NCBI GenBank assembly: GCA_000320545.1
Contig: ADNK01001892.1
Location: 15,730-79,729 of the forward strand
Direction of reading: 5' to 3'
Length of the DNA: 64,000 nucleotides
Origin: Bigelowiella natans CCMP2755
Taxonomy: Eukaryota; Protista; Cercozoa
Below, piece by piece: positions 39,633-52,009 of the stretch. Numbering within the stretch: position 1 is the first letter of the stretch; each line of letters opens with the position of its first letter. A program made the position numbers and the translations under genes. Under the pieces are notes generated by a model. That model had not been told where the DNA came from. It saw nothing but the letters and a program-made list of their open reading frames with translations, and did not search any database.

Positions 39633-40440
39633 CCAACATGATGATAAGAGTTGGTGTTAGTCTATGGTGGTGATGGTTTGTTTTAAATGATTACCCAGCA
39701 TCGATGACAGAAGCGTCAGTATTAATATACTGGGATACGTCATTTTGGTACAGATCAATCTAATATATGGATGGAAGATGATAGAGGAGGAAAAAGAGAC
39801 AGGGAATACAACAACGGAAGGGATAGTAAGTAGTACAAGAAGAATGAGTACCATTCTCTCTCTGTTTCATTTTAAAAAAATATTATTTATATAAGTTTTA
39901 TACTAGATAAAAGAATGAGATGGACTTTTTTTGGTGGATTAATGAAATCATTAGATGTGTTGATGATATACTTTTCTAAACAATATAAATTGGTGAAAGA
40001 TTTATCAGTATTTATTACCCAAAACTCCACAAGAACATCGCTTGTACCGATGGCAAGTCTATCGAGTGCACCAAATCCGCTCGAGCCGCATGACCACTCA
40101 ATCTTTTGTTGTCAGATAATAATACGAAGGCGACAAGAACAATGACAAAAGTATGTTAATATTTATAGATTAAAGGCGATATTGATTAACAAGATATTTA
40201 TCAGCAATGATGATAACGATGATGATTGACATCTAGAATGTGAACAGAGAAGAGGCTAAGAAGAATACGTTTGCATCAAAACATTAAGGGTTACATAAGT
40301 GAGGAAAAACTTGAGTAATCACATCAAATCCCAGTGCTTCTTTAGTCAAGATTGCTCCGATGAAAGTTGCAATTTGTTGTGACGGCCAGGTTTGAATCTC
40401 AAATTTAACTCCTCCATTGGTACTACTACTACTTCTCCCA
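30230..40440 (-). CDS. Class C (7tm_3, GABA-B-like) GPCR with an N-terminal OpuAC/glycine-betaine-type periplasmic-binding-fold domain; 5' end unresolved (may extend to about 41.4 kb)
   Basis: TM exons: GIRAISGLFISTGICALLVLK, GFVIALGALGAKTYRIYQIFF (about 33570-33640), LLGMTKLAYDARE, APEQFNEAKELAMALY (about 31608-31731), FFPK. Ectodomain exons: WPSQQIATFIGAILTKEALGFDV, LAIGTSDVLVEFW, GYQGRSGLYVPTY, FKYWAPT, LSRLSLPPY, CDYPQISLRKVAS. Terminal exon ends at 30230. Confidence 0.8.
37903..38028. repeat. Intronic minisatellite, 3 x 42 bp
   Basis: Unit ATAATCCTCATGTTAATCAATATCTTTCAACAAATAATATCA at 37903, 37945 and 37987. Confidence 0.95.
39277..39468. repeat. Four copies of an 18-25 bp motif separated by (ACT)n; duplicated exon end plus splice donor
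   Basis: GTGATGATAGGGCTGTTT at 39277, 39338, 39393 and 39451; the last copy is the coding end of a GPCR exon. Confidence 0.9.
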
Positions 40441-40783
40441 GAACTTGGGGTAACACCAAGTGACTACAGCGTAAGTTATTATAGCAATACAAATTAAATG
40501 CGGATCTCAACTTAGTAGATTGCTCACACATAGAGACATAAACATAAATAAAATCCAAATACAATATCTATTTTCCTCGTATAAAGATCCTAACAAAGGT
40601 CTAAATTACTTCAATATACAAAAAATACCGTGAGCGAGCTAGCTGATAGGCAGTGAGAGGTTTGAAACTTTGATATGAGATTATTCTAGTAATATCATTC
40701 CATTCGTTGTCAGATTGGTCATGCAGGTTATCATTATATTCGCCTATTACACAAAACACCCACAGAAATATGTATAATGTATA

Positions 40784-40855
<72 letters not shown>

Positions 40856-41080
40856 GCAATTGAACACAAGCATAACCTGAGAAGTCCCGCACGAACCAGC
40901 TACGGAGGGTACTAATTTTGGGATGAGATGATCCCCATTAACAAGCATCAGCTCTTCACAATAGTATTTCATATTTCTATGCATTGTATTAATTTATTGA
41001 ACAATAGTACGACATAATACGGCACATGGTAGAGCATGCCACCTACGATTTAGAGGAGGGATGCACTCTAATATAATATG

Positions 41081-41111
<31 letters not shown>

Positions 41112-41699
41112 TATCTGGTATGTAAAGTTGCAATTCCTTAACCACACTACCTGTACAGATGAGAAGTAGAAAGGTTTCTAACATCTTTGATGTTCGTGAG
41201 ACGTCAGTAGTAGTTCTATGGACGAAAATGTGGAGGGGGTGGGTGGAAAGCAACTTTGTCTGAACAAATTTGACCTGTACAGGTAGTCTCTGACTACCGT
41301 TATCACCATGATCTAGTTTGATGATTGATTGATAGGTTTTAGTAGTCCATGGTATTCCTCCCTATCGTTACGTGAAGAGGCCCGTGTCAACATCAATATT
41401 AACAACATCATCCTGAATGGAGTGGTGATGATGATGGTGCTCTTTTTTGACGACGCAATTGAAGTTACACAGTGTGTAACGCCTGCATTGTTACGAGTAC
41501 TGGAAGAGTACGTACTCATATGTGCTTGTCGCATCTTGAGAATAGCCGGACAATCTTCTCAATTATCTATCAATCATATGTCAAAACATTATTGAAACCT
41601 GGAACTGCGACAACAAATAGATCTAACTTTGAATCGGAGAGTCTCGGGAGAGCACCTAGATCTTGAAATACATTCTATATGTGGAATACCAACAGTCTT

Positions 41700-42833
41700 C
41701 TTTCAGTTGTTTAAGAGCATTTTCCTGATTTTTAGGAATAATTACGTGGCGCACAGTTCAAATGCTGGGGATTTGAAAGCAGATGTAAGTTGCAAGGTGA
41801 TGATGCACAGAGGCACACACCTTAGTGAGCTAGAGCATTCTTGTAGCAAACGAAGGAAGATACACCACATACCCCTATGCAAACAGTTAAAAGGCACGGC
41901 ATTATTGTTCCATTGCGCATACTTCAATAATCAAAAAGGAGGCAGGGCAACCAGGGCAATCAATCCAAGAATATTTCGTACAAAATCTCCATACTCGCAA
42001 AGGCAGGTGGCTTCAAGGTAGGAAGAGGATTTCAAAGCTCTCTTCAAACTTAGATTTAATTTCAATCTATATTGTAACAGGTCTATGGGATGCTACACAT
42101 CAATAGACGAGCAACAGGAGAGCTTGTACAGTGTGGAAGTTGTAGAAACGAAGGTAGAATGTGCATAAATCTCAAATGATGTGCAAACGTAACAAATAAG
42201 CCATTTTCGTAATAGGCAACGTCCCAGGTCAAACGCCCCTCAATACTAAGGAATGGCAGATTTTCTTCTCAGTATCGTCCACATGCTGATTCAACCTTTC
42301 ATGGCCAGCTGAGGAAATCATGTTATCATTTCTATGATCCACCATTTAGCAATGAGGCTGGCACTCATCTTGCTCCCAGGAGCACAATATCTATTAGCCC
42401 AGGATCTAGTGATGACATCGGGGACGAATTTGCGACCTTAGGAGCCGTGGATGCCCATGTTTATGTTAATCCTATTGCATCTCAGAACGTATCATTACGC
42501 ACTACCACAAGCATCCTAAACAACAGCAACAGCGGCAAGTGTTCTGAACATAGCAGCTGTGGCTCCACCACCAAATATACTGGAAGGAGTAGCTTCTGCC
42601 GCCGCAGCCGTCATGACCCTTTCTTATTGTATCCTAGTAGCAAAGAGATTTTAGGAAGTACTGCCAATGTAGTAACTTCCACAAATATTAGGAAGCGTAA
42701 CCATGTTACATTCAGTCACGACTCGCTTATTCACTCAAAAGAAAGCAAAAATAGGAGAGCGAGTGAACTAGAAGGAGTCCTCCGAGACTTATTTAGGGGG
42801 CCGGATTCTTCATCCAATTCTAATTTGAATTAA
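41700..42833 (+). CDS. Hypothetical low-complexity protein; multi-exon, 5' end unresolved
   Basis: Exon at about 42081-42152 (SMGCYTSIDEQQESLYSVEVVETK) splices in phase to a long terminal exon at about 42215-42833 that includes ORF 42447-42833. No domain recognised. Confidence 0.45.
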
Positions 42834-43249
42834 GGTGTTCTCAAAACTAGTATAACAAGAAAGGTCCCGAAAAAAGAATACTATGAAGGATGCACCCTGA
42901 AAGCGGCTCAATAAAACTAACAGTACAAGGGAGAAAAGGAAGTAACAATATAAGGGAGAAAAGATGCATAAGATTTACCCTATATCAAGAGCAGATATCT
43001 TTAAGGCTATTCATTTAATGATAGTAATTCGAGCAACAAATCAGAATAGCATATAATTCATCACTAATTGTTTGTCTTTTGTTCATATTTCATTATTTTG
43101 TATTTATTTATTTCTTCTACTATTTTTATCTTTAATTTCAAACAATTATAAATTTTATGTGTTAACATGTATCATGGTTATGAATATCCTGTTGAGTAGA
43201 ACAAGTCCACTCAGAATGGTTGATTTCATGAATCAGTAATACGAGAAGA

Positions 43250-44045
43250 GTGGAAAAACTTTTTATGGCGCATGCAACAACATTCCGAGGTGTGCCATGA
43301 GATCACAAAAGTAGTTCAAACACCTGTCTTCCACCAATGTGGTGTCATCAGAGGTTTGTGTCTTTTTGAAAGGCAGTGAAAAATTTCGAGTCCTTGTGAG
43401 TGATTCAATTCCCAGTGGGCAAATGATTGATGAGTTTGCAATCATGTCATCATCGAAATATCATTGCCTCATTTGGATTGCACCCTAATGTCCACAGTAC
43501 AAGATGTTGAGCTAGCTCTCGGCGCAAACTTGCTGCATCTGGAGGTGTGTGCATCAGCGCAACAAACTGTGGAGTGCATGAGCTAATGGACATCTGATCC
43601 ATGATGACTGACCGCAACGTAGCAATGCAAGCGAGTGATGGGATGAATCGCAAGCATGCCTCGAACAACTCAGATCTGGACGTCTTCATCTGAGTTTGAT
43701 CCATGCTTCTAGCTAGCTAGCTAGCTAGCTCTGGAGCTAGGCTTCGCTAGTTCGATGTGGATGTGCGTTTGCAGACGTCGTACATGCCGTGCACGTGGTC
43801 AACACAAGAACAGTCCTGACAAATCACATGGCTAGACAGGCTAGCAGGCGCACAACCAACTAGCTAGCTAGCTGTTGGATGTCCAGCTAGCCAGGTGCAG
43901 CTGTGGACACCGCCTCTGAACCGGAACATGGCCAGTCAACGTGGACGCTGCACGCGTTGCAGCAATTTGTGTTCATTGAGTCCATTGCAATCAAATTGCC
44001 ATGGGTCTCCATTGTTGCTCGTGCCACTGTGTTGCCATGCATGAA

Positions 44046-44079
<34 letters not shown>

Positions 44080-44600
44080 GATGTGATCGCCAGCTCCAGC
44101 TTGTCGGCTTGACTGGAAGAGGCCAGCAGTGATTGCAGGAGCAGGCACACCAGCACAACTTGTCAGCTCTGAGCTAGCTGACTGGACGAGCGCCACACAA
44201 TTCACTTCACAGCTCTCGTGATCTGTTGACAGGCTCGTCTCTTGGTTCGTTTGGCCAAGAGCTGTGTGCCAGCGCTCACGTTGCCCACAAGGATGCAATG
44301 CTGCGCTCAGGTCAGCAACCACGCGTCTGCTTCTGGCTGCACTGCTGAACTGGTGCAAGCAGCGTCGCTGTCAAGAAAGTGGCACACACACACACACCAA
44401 CGCCCAGAACGGCAGCGCAGGCTGGCAGGTGTTGTCTGCATGGCTGCCAGGCTGGCTGGCTAGCTGTGTGGCTCTGGAGCTGGCCTTGCCCAGGTGCTGA
44501 CAAAGCAAGAGTTCAAAGATTCAAGTTTTGTGTTCATTTCTACGATGAAAATGGTCGCGTGAAATGAGATTGTCGCAGGGCAAAAATGCAGGAGAAAGAG
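43250..44600. repeat. TpA-depleted island 3
   Basis: All eight TA in 43783-44540 lie in CTAG; (CTAG)n runs at about 43717-43750 and 43860-43871; partial depletion on the left flank. Confidence 0.8.
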
Positions 44601-44900
44601 TTTAGTTTGTGCCTTCGTCCTGCGTGTAGCACATCTCATTTTGTCACAATCACAATTGAAAAGGGGGTTCGCATTTTGATGTCGTTGCTCTGAAATGGCA
44701 TCCTCTCCTGTACACTAGAAAGTACTTCCAACCAGGGAAAAAAGTCACAGCGGTGTCATCCTTTCCCCCCTGATGTGAGATGCGATCCAATTAAATGATG
44801 TAGGAGCATTGGGCATAACACAACGAATACAAAAATTTGCAGACTGTGTAAGTTGTCAATGAACAATAACGATACAATTTTTTCATTTTGTAGTTTCTTA

Positions 44901-45905
44901 ATGGGCAATAAAATCCTAAAAAAGACGGACTTTGATGGTAGATACTCTACTCATGAAGTCCTTGGAAGAGGTTCGTTTGCTACTGTAAAGCGGGCAGTGC
45001 GAAAGAAGGACAAAAAAGAATTGGCTGTAAAAATCATAAAGAAAACGAAGCTAAAACAAGAAGAACTTAAGATTGTCCACGATGAGGTGAAGATAATGAA
45101 TAGAATTTATCATCCTAATTGTGTAAAATTAGAAGAAATATTCGAGACTAACAAAAAGCTTTACCTCGTCATGGAGATTCTGAGTGGCGGAGAGCTCTTC
45201 GATCGCATTGTTGCTAAGGGCAGTTTTTCCGAAAAGGAAGCCTCCGGAGTCACCAAAGCTGTAGCTTTAGCATTGAAATACCTACATAACATTGGAGTAG
45301 TTCACAGGGACTTGAAACCTGAAAATCTCATATACGCCAACCATAGAAATGACTCCCAGATTAAAATTACGGATTTTGGATTGGCAAAGTTGAAGCCAAA
45401 TGGATCCTCTATGAACACGGCATGCGGAACGCCTGGATACGTTGCACCAGAGGTCTTACGAAAACAAAAATACACTGAAGCTGTTGATGTGTGGAGTCTA
45501 GGTGTCATTCTCTATATTTTATTGTGTGGATTTCCGCCCTTCTATCACGAAAATACCGGTGCCTTGTACAAGCAAATAAAGTCTGGTGACTACGATTTTC
45601 CGGATCCATATTGGAAAGATATCACTGATTCTGCGAAAGATTTGATAAAAAAAATGCTGACTGTGGATCCAAAATCACGAATCACAATTCAAAACGTACT
45701 AGCTCATCCCTGGATCAGTGGAGATGCTGCTTCAACAAGGCGTTTAGGAGCAGAGCACTCAATACAACTAAGAAAGCTCCAAGCCCGGCGAACCCTTCGT
45801 AGAGTCGTTCAGCATGTGATTGCCGTCAACATTTTCTCAAAATGCCTTGAGAACTCAACAAGTGAATCATCTTCTTCAAAGGACAAAATAATGGATGAAA
45901 GTTAA
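44901..45905 (+). CDS. CAMK1: Ca2+/calmodulin-dependent protein kinase I-like Ser/Thr kinase; intron-free CDS
   Basis: GRGSFATV, AVK, HRDLKPEN, DFG and GTPGYVAPE motifs, plus a C-terminal CaM-binding-like helix (RKLQARRTLRRVVQHVIAV). Likely start is MGNK at 44901; a possible 5'UTR intron lies at 44848-44893. Confidence 0.95.
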   Translation: MGNKILKKTDFDGRYSTHEVLGRGSFATVKRAVRKKDKKELAVKIIKKTKLKQEELKIVHDEVKIMNRIYHPNCVKLEEIFETNKKLYLVMEILSGGELFDRIVAKGSFSEKEASGVTKAVALALKYLHNIGVVHRDLKPENLIYANHRNDSQIKITDFGLAKLKPNGSSMNTACGTPGYVAPEVLRKQKYTEAVDVWSLGVILYILLCGFPPFYHENTGALYKQIKSGDYDFPDPYWKDITDSAKDLIKKMLTVDPKSRITIQNVLAHPWISGDAASTRRLGAEHSIQLRKLQARRTLRRVVQHVIAVNIFSKCLENSTSESSSSKDKIMDES

Positions 45906-45936
45906 CTAAACAAAATAATGGATGAAAGTTAACTAA
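45883..45936 (+). repeat. 27-bp tandem duplication spanning the kinase stop codon
   Basis: ACAAAATAATGGATGAAAGTTAACTAA occurs twice, at 45883 and 45910. Confidence 0.95.
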
Positions 45937-46249
45937 ATAGAATGATGATTAGCTTTGTAAGGAATATGGTCAATTGGACATGCAGTCAACTTAAATTGTG
46001 TCGACATTTCAAAAAAGGTCATTCCAGAAGCTCTATTTTTCAGGATGAGTACGACTCTATTGGTGGAAAAATTGCTACTAATTTTTCAATTAATCTTTCT
46101 TTTGCATGCTTTGCAAGATGAAGGTCCTGCTTCGAAGAAAGGTTTTGAGTCACATATTTTGAACGCACTGGTCTTGAGCATGCAACAACATCAAGAACAT
46201 CATCGACCTAGCAACCAATGCACTGAAAGCACTAGTGCAATCCTTGGCG

Positions 46250-46950
46250 CAACTATCTTGTTCCGAAAACGTGCCAGCAGGGCCTTCAGGTCCCTGGCTT
46301 GAGTGAAGTCCTTTTCTGTCCAATGAAGGCATGATAGCATGTGCTAGTGTGTGAATCAACCAGGCCACATTTGCCTCAAATTTCACGTGCAGCACAAAGC
46401 AGCGCGCATTTGAACAGAACATGCTAGCATGTCTAGATGTGTGCGTGATGACTCACTTGCTAGCTTGCTCTAGTGCTAGCTTGGTGCATCTAACTAGCTA
46501 GGCATGTGAGGACATGAAAAGCACACCTGTCTAGCTGTGCCTACTTTGTTGTGCTTGTCAACTACAGACATGCACATGTGTTCTTGCGCGCACACGCTAG
46601 CACGCGCCAGCTAGCTAGCTAGCCAGAGCCCTCAGGTCCCTATCACATCACTTGAACACACGCATGTGCACGTGGCAATCAATCTAGCAATGTCCGCTAG
46701 TCCGCATCAACCATCAACGTCTAGAACGTGCTAACAGCGTGCATGCAGAGCGTTTGCTAGTTTGGCAAGCCTGCACAATCTAGCAATGTGGACGGTGCCT
46801 TTGTAGCTAGGTAGACACTCATCGCCCAACTGACACTTTGAATTCAACACATGCTAGCATGCTTATTTTGTCACAAAGCAGTTCGTTGTGTTCAAAATGC
46901 TTTTGTCGCACAAACTTACGTGGAAGTACATGGAGATTGCTAACACCAAA
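46250..46950. repeat. TpA-depleted, CTAG-rich island 4
   Basis: In about 46420-46860 the TA dinucleotides I saw are in CTAG, CTA[ACT] or [AGT]TAG contexts. Confidence 0.7.
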
Positions 46951-47001
46951 ATGCTACAACGATGGGCGTTCATTGATCATTCACATCATTGTTGTTCATT
47001 G

Positions 47002-47386
47002 TCATTGGTCTGAGATGAGAGAATTCCAAGCATCTTCAAATGCTTGGGTTTCAGCGCGGTTATCATTAGATGCTTCCTTCTCTCGAGAAAAGGGTGACCT
47101 TGATGATGATTGTGACAAAATCATATTTTTTCCATAGTCATCATCTTTCTCCGAGTTGCGGTTGATTCGCTCATAACTTCCATACGTATTCCTTTGGAAC
47201 TGAGAACTCTTTGTTTCCTGCAGTAACTGATCCATGTTTTTGGTGTACTGACGATGATGCTTAAAAGCTTGTTGGTACACCTTCTTCTTTTTTGTCGAGT
47301 CTTTAGAGATTGCTTCTTGTAATTGATCCTCGCCAGTCGATTTTTCAATTAAATTTGCAACGCGTTCCAACAGAAAGTCAGTGCCC

Positions 47387-47426
<40 letters not shown>

Positions 47427-47427
47427 T

Positions 47428-47466
<39 letters not shown>

Positions 47467-49412
47467 AATGCAATTTTGTTCGAGATGTAAATTTTTTAAG
47501 TCTTGCTGATAGATGGAAAATGGGAAACATCCCAATATCCAACTAGTATAAGCTTTAGTTTATATGACAATATGAAAGGTGTGAGTGACTAAAGTCAAGG
47601 ACTATGATCATTGGGAAGACGATAGCATCATCAAGGTGTCAAATCATTGCTCGGTCTTCATTGAGTATACCCTATCAAGATGATCTTGCTTATCAGGCGG
47701 TGAAGGAAGGCATTTCGTGAATGCAACCGTCTTGATACCATAGCAATCATAGCAGCAACAGAAAAAAATATAGCATATATGTGATGATTTTCAACATAAA
47801 GACCAGCAGCTGGTAATAACATCGTTCCACATTTTAGTAGCTTAATGTTTTACGTATCACTCGTTTTTACTCTATTGACCAATATCCTATTTGTTATGGT
47901 TGGTAAACCAGCTTCTAATATAGCTCAAGTGTTGTCATTCATTCGTATATATATTGTAGCTTTCGTCTTTTATTATAATTAATATTCTTATCACCTCTCT
48001 TTCTTCCAGTGCCTTGTTCATAATTTTCGTATCTGTAAGACTAGCAGACTTCCATAATCCTGTGTATTGCATGAGGATATAGTTTAAGTGATCCGGTCAG
48101 TCATGCTCTACACGCCCTAGTTTTGGTATTCGATAACTTGCACCTGTACGAAATGCGAGCTCAGACTCACGTTCTTCACGTTCATACTTCCTGTTGGAAA
48201 AAATAAAGTCTTTATTAAAAGTAGCTTTGACTTTGCGTTTCCATGATACATACTTGATACGTGTACTACAAGTAACCTACACATTGGTGTCACAATGCAC
48301 TTGATCTACCATCCGACACATTTTTGTTTTTGTGGACAAGGTATTTACTGTTATCCTACACACATTTTTGTTTTTGCGATCAAGCTATTTAGATGTTGGA
48401 AACTGGGATCCAGTTTGTAGGCTTCTCTGGTAATTGAAAGCAATACAGCAGCACAAAAATCAATATTATATGAATGAATGGTGATGTTAATATCAATAAG
48501 AATTGTTGGTTTATAGTGGTAGCTAGTACCAACAAACGATAAATTTTGCTAGACATGAACATAGAGTAAAGAACGGATAGTAGTCAAAAATGCTTCATTC
48601 AAAATTCGAAAAATATGCATAAACTCGCCCTGTAGTTTATAATGAAGCAATGATTTATTCTCATCAGATATCTTTAGTACTCACCAGTATTATAGTGCAT
48701 GGTAATGATAATAATGCGTTTGCTGCTATCTTGCATAAATACTATAGTACCTGAACCACTTTAAAGCTTCTTCCGACTTACCCTGATGAAGGCTTTATAA
48801 ACAAAATGGTACCACATAACAATGAGACTATAAATACTGCTGCAATTAGTAGTACTACTTCTGAAACAATTGTATGATTGCAGATTTGTTTAAGATTTGT
48901 TACCAGGCTATTCCCATCCTGTAATTTGCTTTAGCGTTTTTCCCATCAAATAGTAGAGCATTGAGAAGCCTATCAGAATGAAAGATAGCAAGAACGATAG
49001 AACAACAATCGAATATGAGTTTGTAGCTGTGGCTTACAAATGATGATTGTATGAGTATTGAATTTGAGGCAAATTGTTGACTTCCTTTATTAAATTGCAG
49101 TCATTTAGCTATAATTTCTTTTGAAACTCAAAACAGCAAAAAGAAATAAACAGCATTCTGTTTTGGTAGTCTCTCATAGACAAACGAACAAACAATCAAA
49201 GGAGAGAAACAAAGGACTACTACTGATTGATAATGAAATCCATTGAGTTATCAACATTTCCTACCATTTCTCAGCTTCACGAAACTTATCCTCTTTGAGA
49301 CACAAAGCACCCATGTTGCTATAACTAACGATTTGTTCATAAAAATTATAATAATGCATGAAATGAAGATTAGGTTTCACATCATCCGTCAGAGGGATAA
49401 ATTAAGCCAATA

Positions 49413-49449
<37 letters not shown>

Positions 49450-50131
49450 GTACATAGAAATGAATACACACATATGTATATACGACGAGTGCTCACCCTT
49501 ACATACTCTTACGCGTGTGTGCGTGTGCGTGCGTGTGTGTGTGTGTTTGAAAGTCTGTTTAATAAGTGTCTTCTTACGTTTCCATTCTGCATTTTCTTAC
49601 TTCAACCTGCATGGCCTGTTGTCGTAGACACAAACATTGCTGCTAAATCTAACATGCAATACCTCACATTTCCCATTTTTTCAATCTATCTACTTGCTAG
49701 CTTACTAACTATGGTACCAACTAACATACTTACCATGGATATCGGCTGCTTATTGTCATCATATATCGTTCCAAACAACTGATAATTATATGATTGCTTA
49801 ATCGTTTGATCATGATACGAAACACTGTTGTTTGTTTTGCTACGAGTAACACTTTGCCATTCTATTTTGAAGTCCTTGTTAGGTGATCTCAAAGATACTA
49901 ATGTTCTATTTTAGTACCATCTCAGCAATTTCCTCCTTGACCATTCCTATGAATATTTGACGATGTTAATAATGATGGCAATGATCAGAATATTAATATT
50001 ACCCATGTTCAGGCAAAATCTAAGAGTTATCCATAAAAAAATGTTGAAAAAATGAAACTAAAATTTATTACTTCTTCTCATTTTACTATAAAAGTACGAG
50101 TGTAGTATATGGTTGTCAATCAATGTAACAG

Positions 50132-50168
<37 letters not shown>

Positions 50169-50744
50169 TGTGTGTGTACGTGTGTTTGAATTGACCATAG
50201 CCGTCAATAAGTTTGTTCTTTATTGGATATAAGGAACTGATACTATCGAGTGCAGCTCCATATCTAATCATATAAGTAAGAATATCGAATTCACCGCTCA
50301 AACAATATGGAATCATCTTTCCCTTATTCTAAGAGTAAAAATTTGTCATACTGTCCTGTTTCTCCTTCTCTTATTCATCAACAATTTTATCATTTTCCTC
50401 TTTTATCTTTGATTTGTAGCTTCATACACAACTGCACACCTTCGTCTCGCAAGGAAATAGTTCTCTGTCAAAAGATAATACAATTTGAATTTAAAATCAA
50501 TAATAGTTGTTAAAAGGTGATGTTAAAAAATTGAGTAAACTTGAAGTAATGTAAATATTTCATATTTTGATGGATGGACAAGCTCTTACCCCTAATACGA
50601 CTACCACATGTTATATAATACTATTACTATTTCTTGTGTAACACAATTAGGAGGGTAAAAGGCATCTAGTCCTCATTTATTCTTCTAAACATACAGCACC
50701 GTTGTTTGTTCGTAGGTATTACTAATATTACTGCTACCAAGTCT

Positions 50745-50779
<35 letters not shown>

Positions 50780-51239
50780 GGTACAACTACCTAAATTAAA
50801 GAATCTATTTCCCATTTCCTTCTGATAAAACGCATCCGAAATCTTTTGTGCCACGAAGAAGAAGAAAAAGAAGAAAAAGAACAAAAGGAGAGGGAGGAAG
50901 AGGAGAAGCAAAAGAAAAGGATTACATAACTATTCATATCACTGAGGAGTAGTAAGATATTATAGATCCAAATTATTCTTAGTTTTGTCCTTATTTTTTC
51001 ATTCTTCCCTCTATTTGTCAGAGAGAAGGAGGAGGTTACAAATCGTTTTATCTCATTCAGTAGTAGTTGTAGTAGTAGTTGGGGGAGAAGGAGAAGAGTA
51101 AGGAAGAGTACCATGGTATGCTCTATAAGACAATGACTATCAAACACCACGTACGAAATCTATCGTTGAATTGAGTTTGGGAGGGTTTTTGAACGAGAGA
51201 AGCTTTACATTGAACCTAGTAGTGAGGTATATTATATGC

Positions 51240-51285
<46 letters not shown>

Positions 51286-51346
51286 TATATGTATACATAG
51301 GAACGAGAGAGGCTTTACATTGAACCTAGGAGTGAGGTATAATATT

Positions 51347-51390
<44 letters not shown>

Positions 51391-51973
51391 ATTTCGTGAT
51401 TGGTTATGTATTTGTATTTTCTTTATTTTTAAAATGTCGGTGAGATGTTGTCGGTACTAAATACGTACAGAATAGTATCATTTCCTGCAACAGGAAACGG
51501 GTATTCATTTGTCTTATTTCCAAGAATCATCTGATAGAGACGCTGCTGAGAAAACCATGGTGTTTTGCAGTCTGATGTGTTAAAGTTCTTTGCTTTCCCC
51601 CAGACTTGAATTTCTTGGTCAATCTATGAAATGGTACAATATAAACAATGATGATTATGTGGAAATGATGATGGTGATGATGGTTAGTTATGCTATGTGA
51701 CTCCACATTTGAGTTATCGTATGATCGATTGACTGATCTTTCATTTATTTTGTGTTAAGACATGTGGTTTGATGAATGACTAGCAGGAGATTGTCTTTCT
51801 TATCTTTGAATCACGTACCATCATCGGCTCAATGCCATATTCTAGCATCTGGGGTACCTAACCAATACATAAAATCATCATGATAATACTAATGCCATCA
51901 ACTACCATGTTCCCAATCTCTAACATTGCTATTGAAACAGAGTAATATGATGCTCCTGTATATGCAATAGGCC

Positions 51974-52009
<36 letters not shown>

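Noticed and set aside
51191-51570. Plus-strand gene with duplicated micro-exon (EREKLYIEPSSE / ERERLYIEPRSE)
   Set aside because: The minus-strand reading splices in phase and completes an FKBP-like motif (TILFNVKLLSF); the plus frame has an upstream stop and no context.
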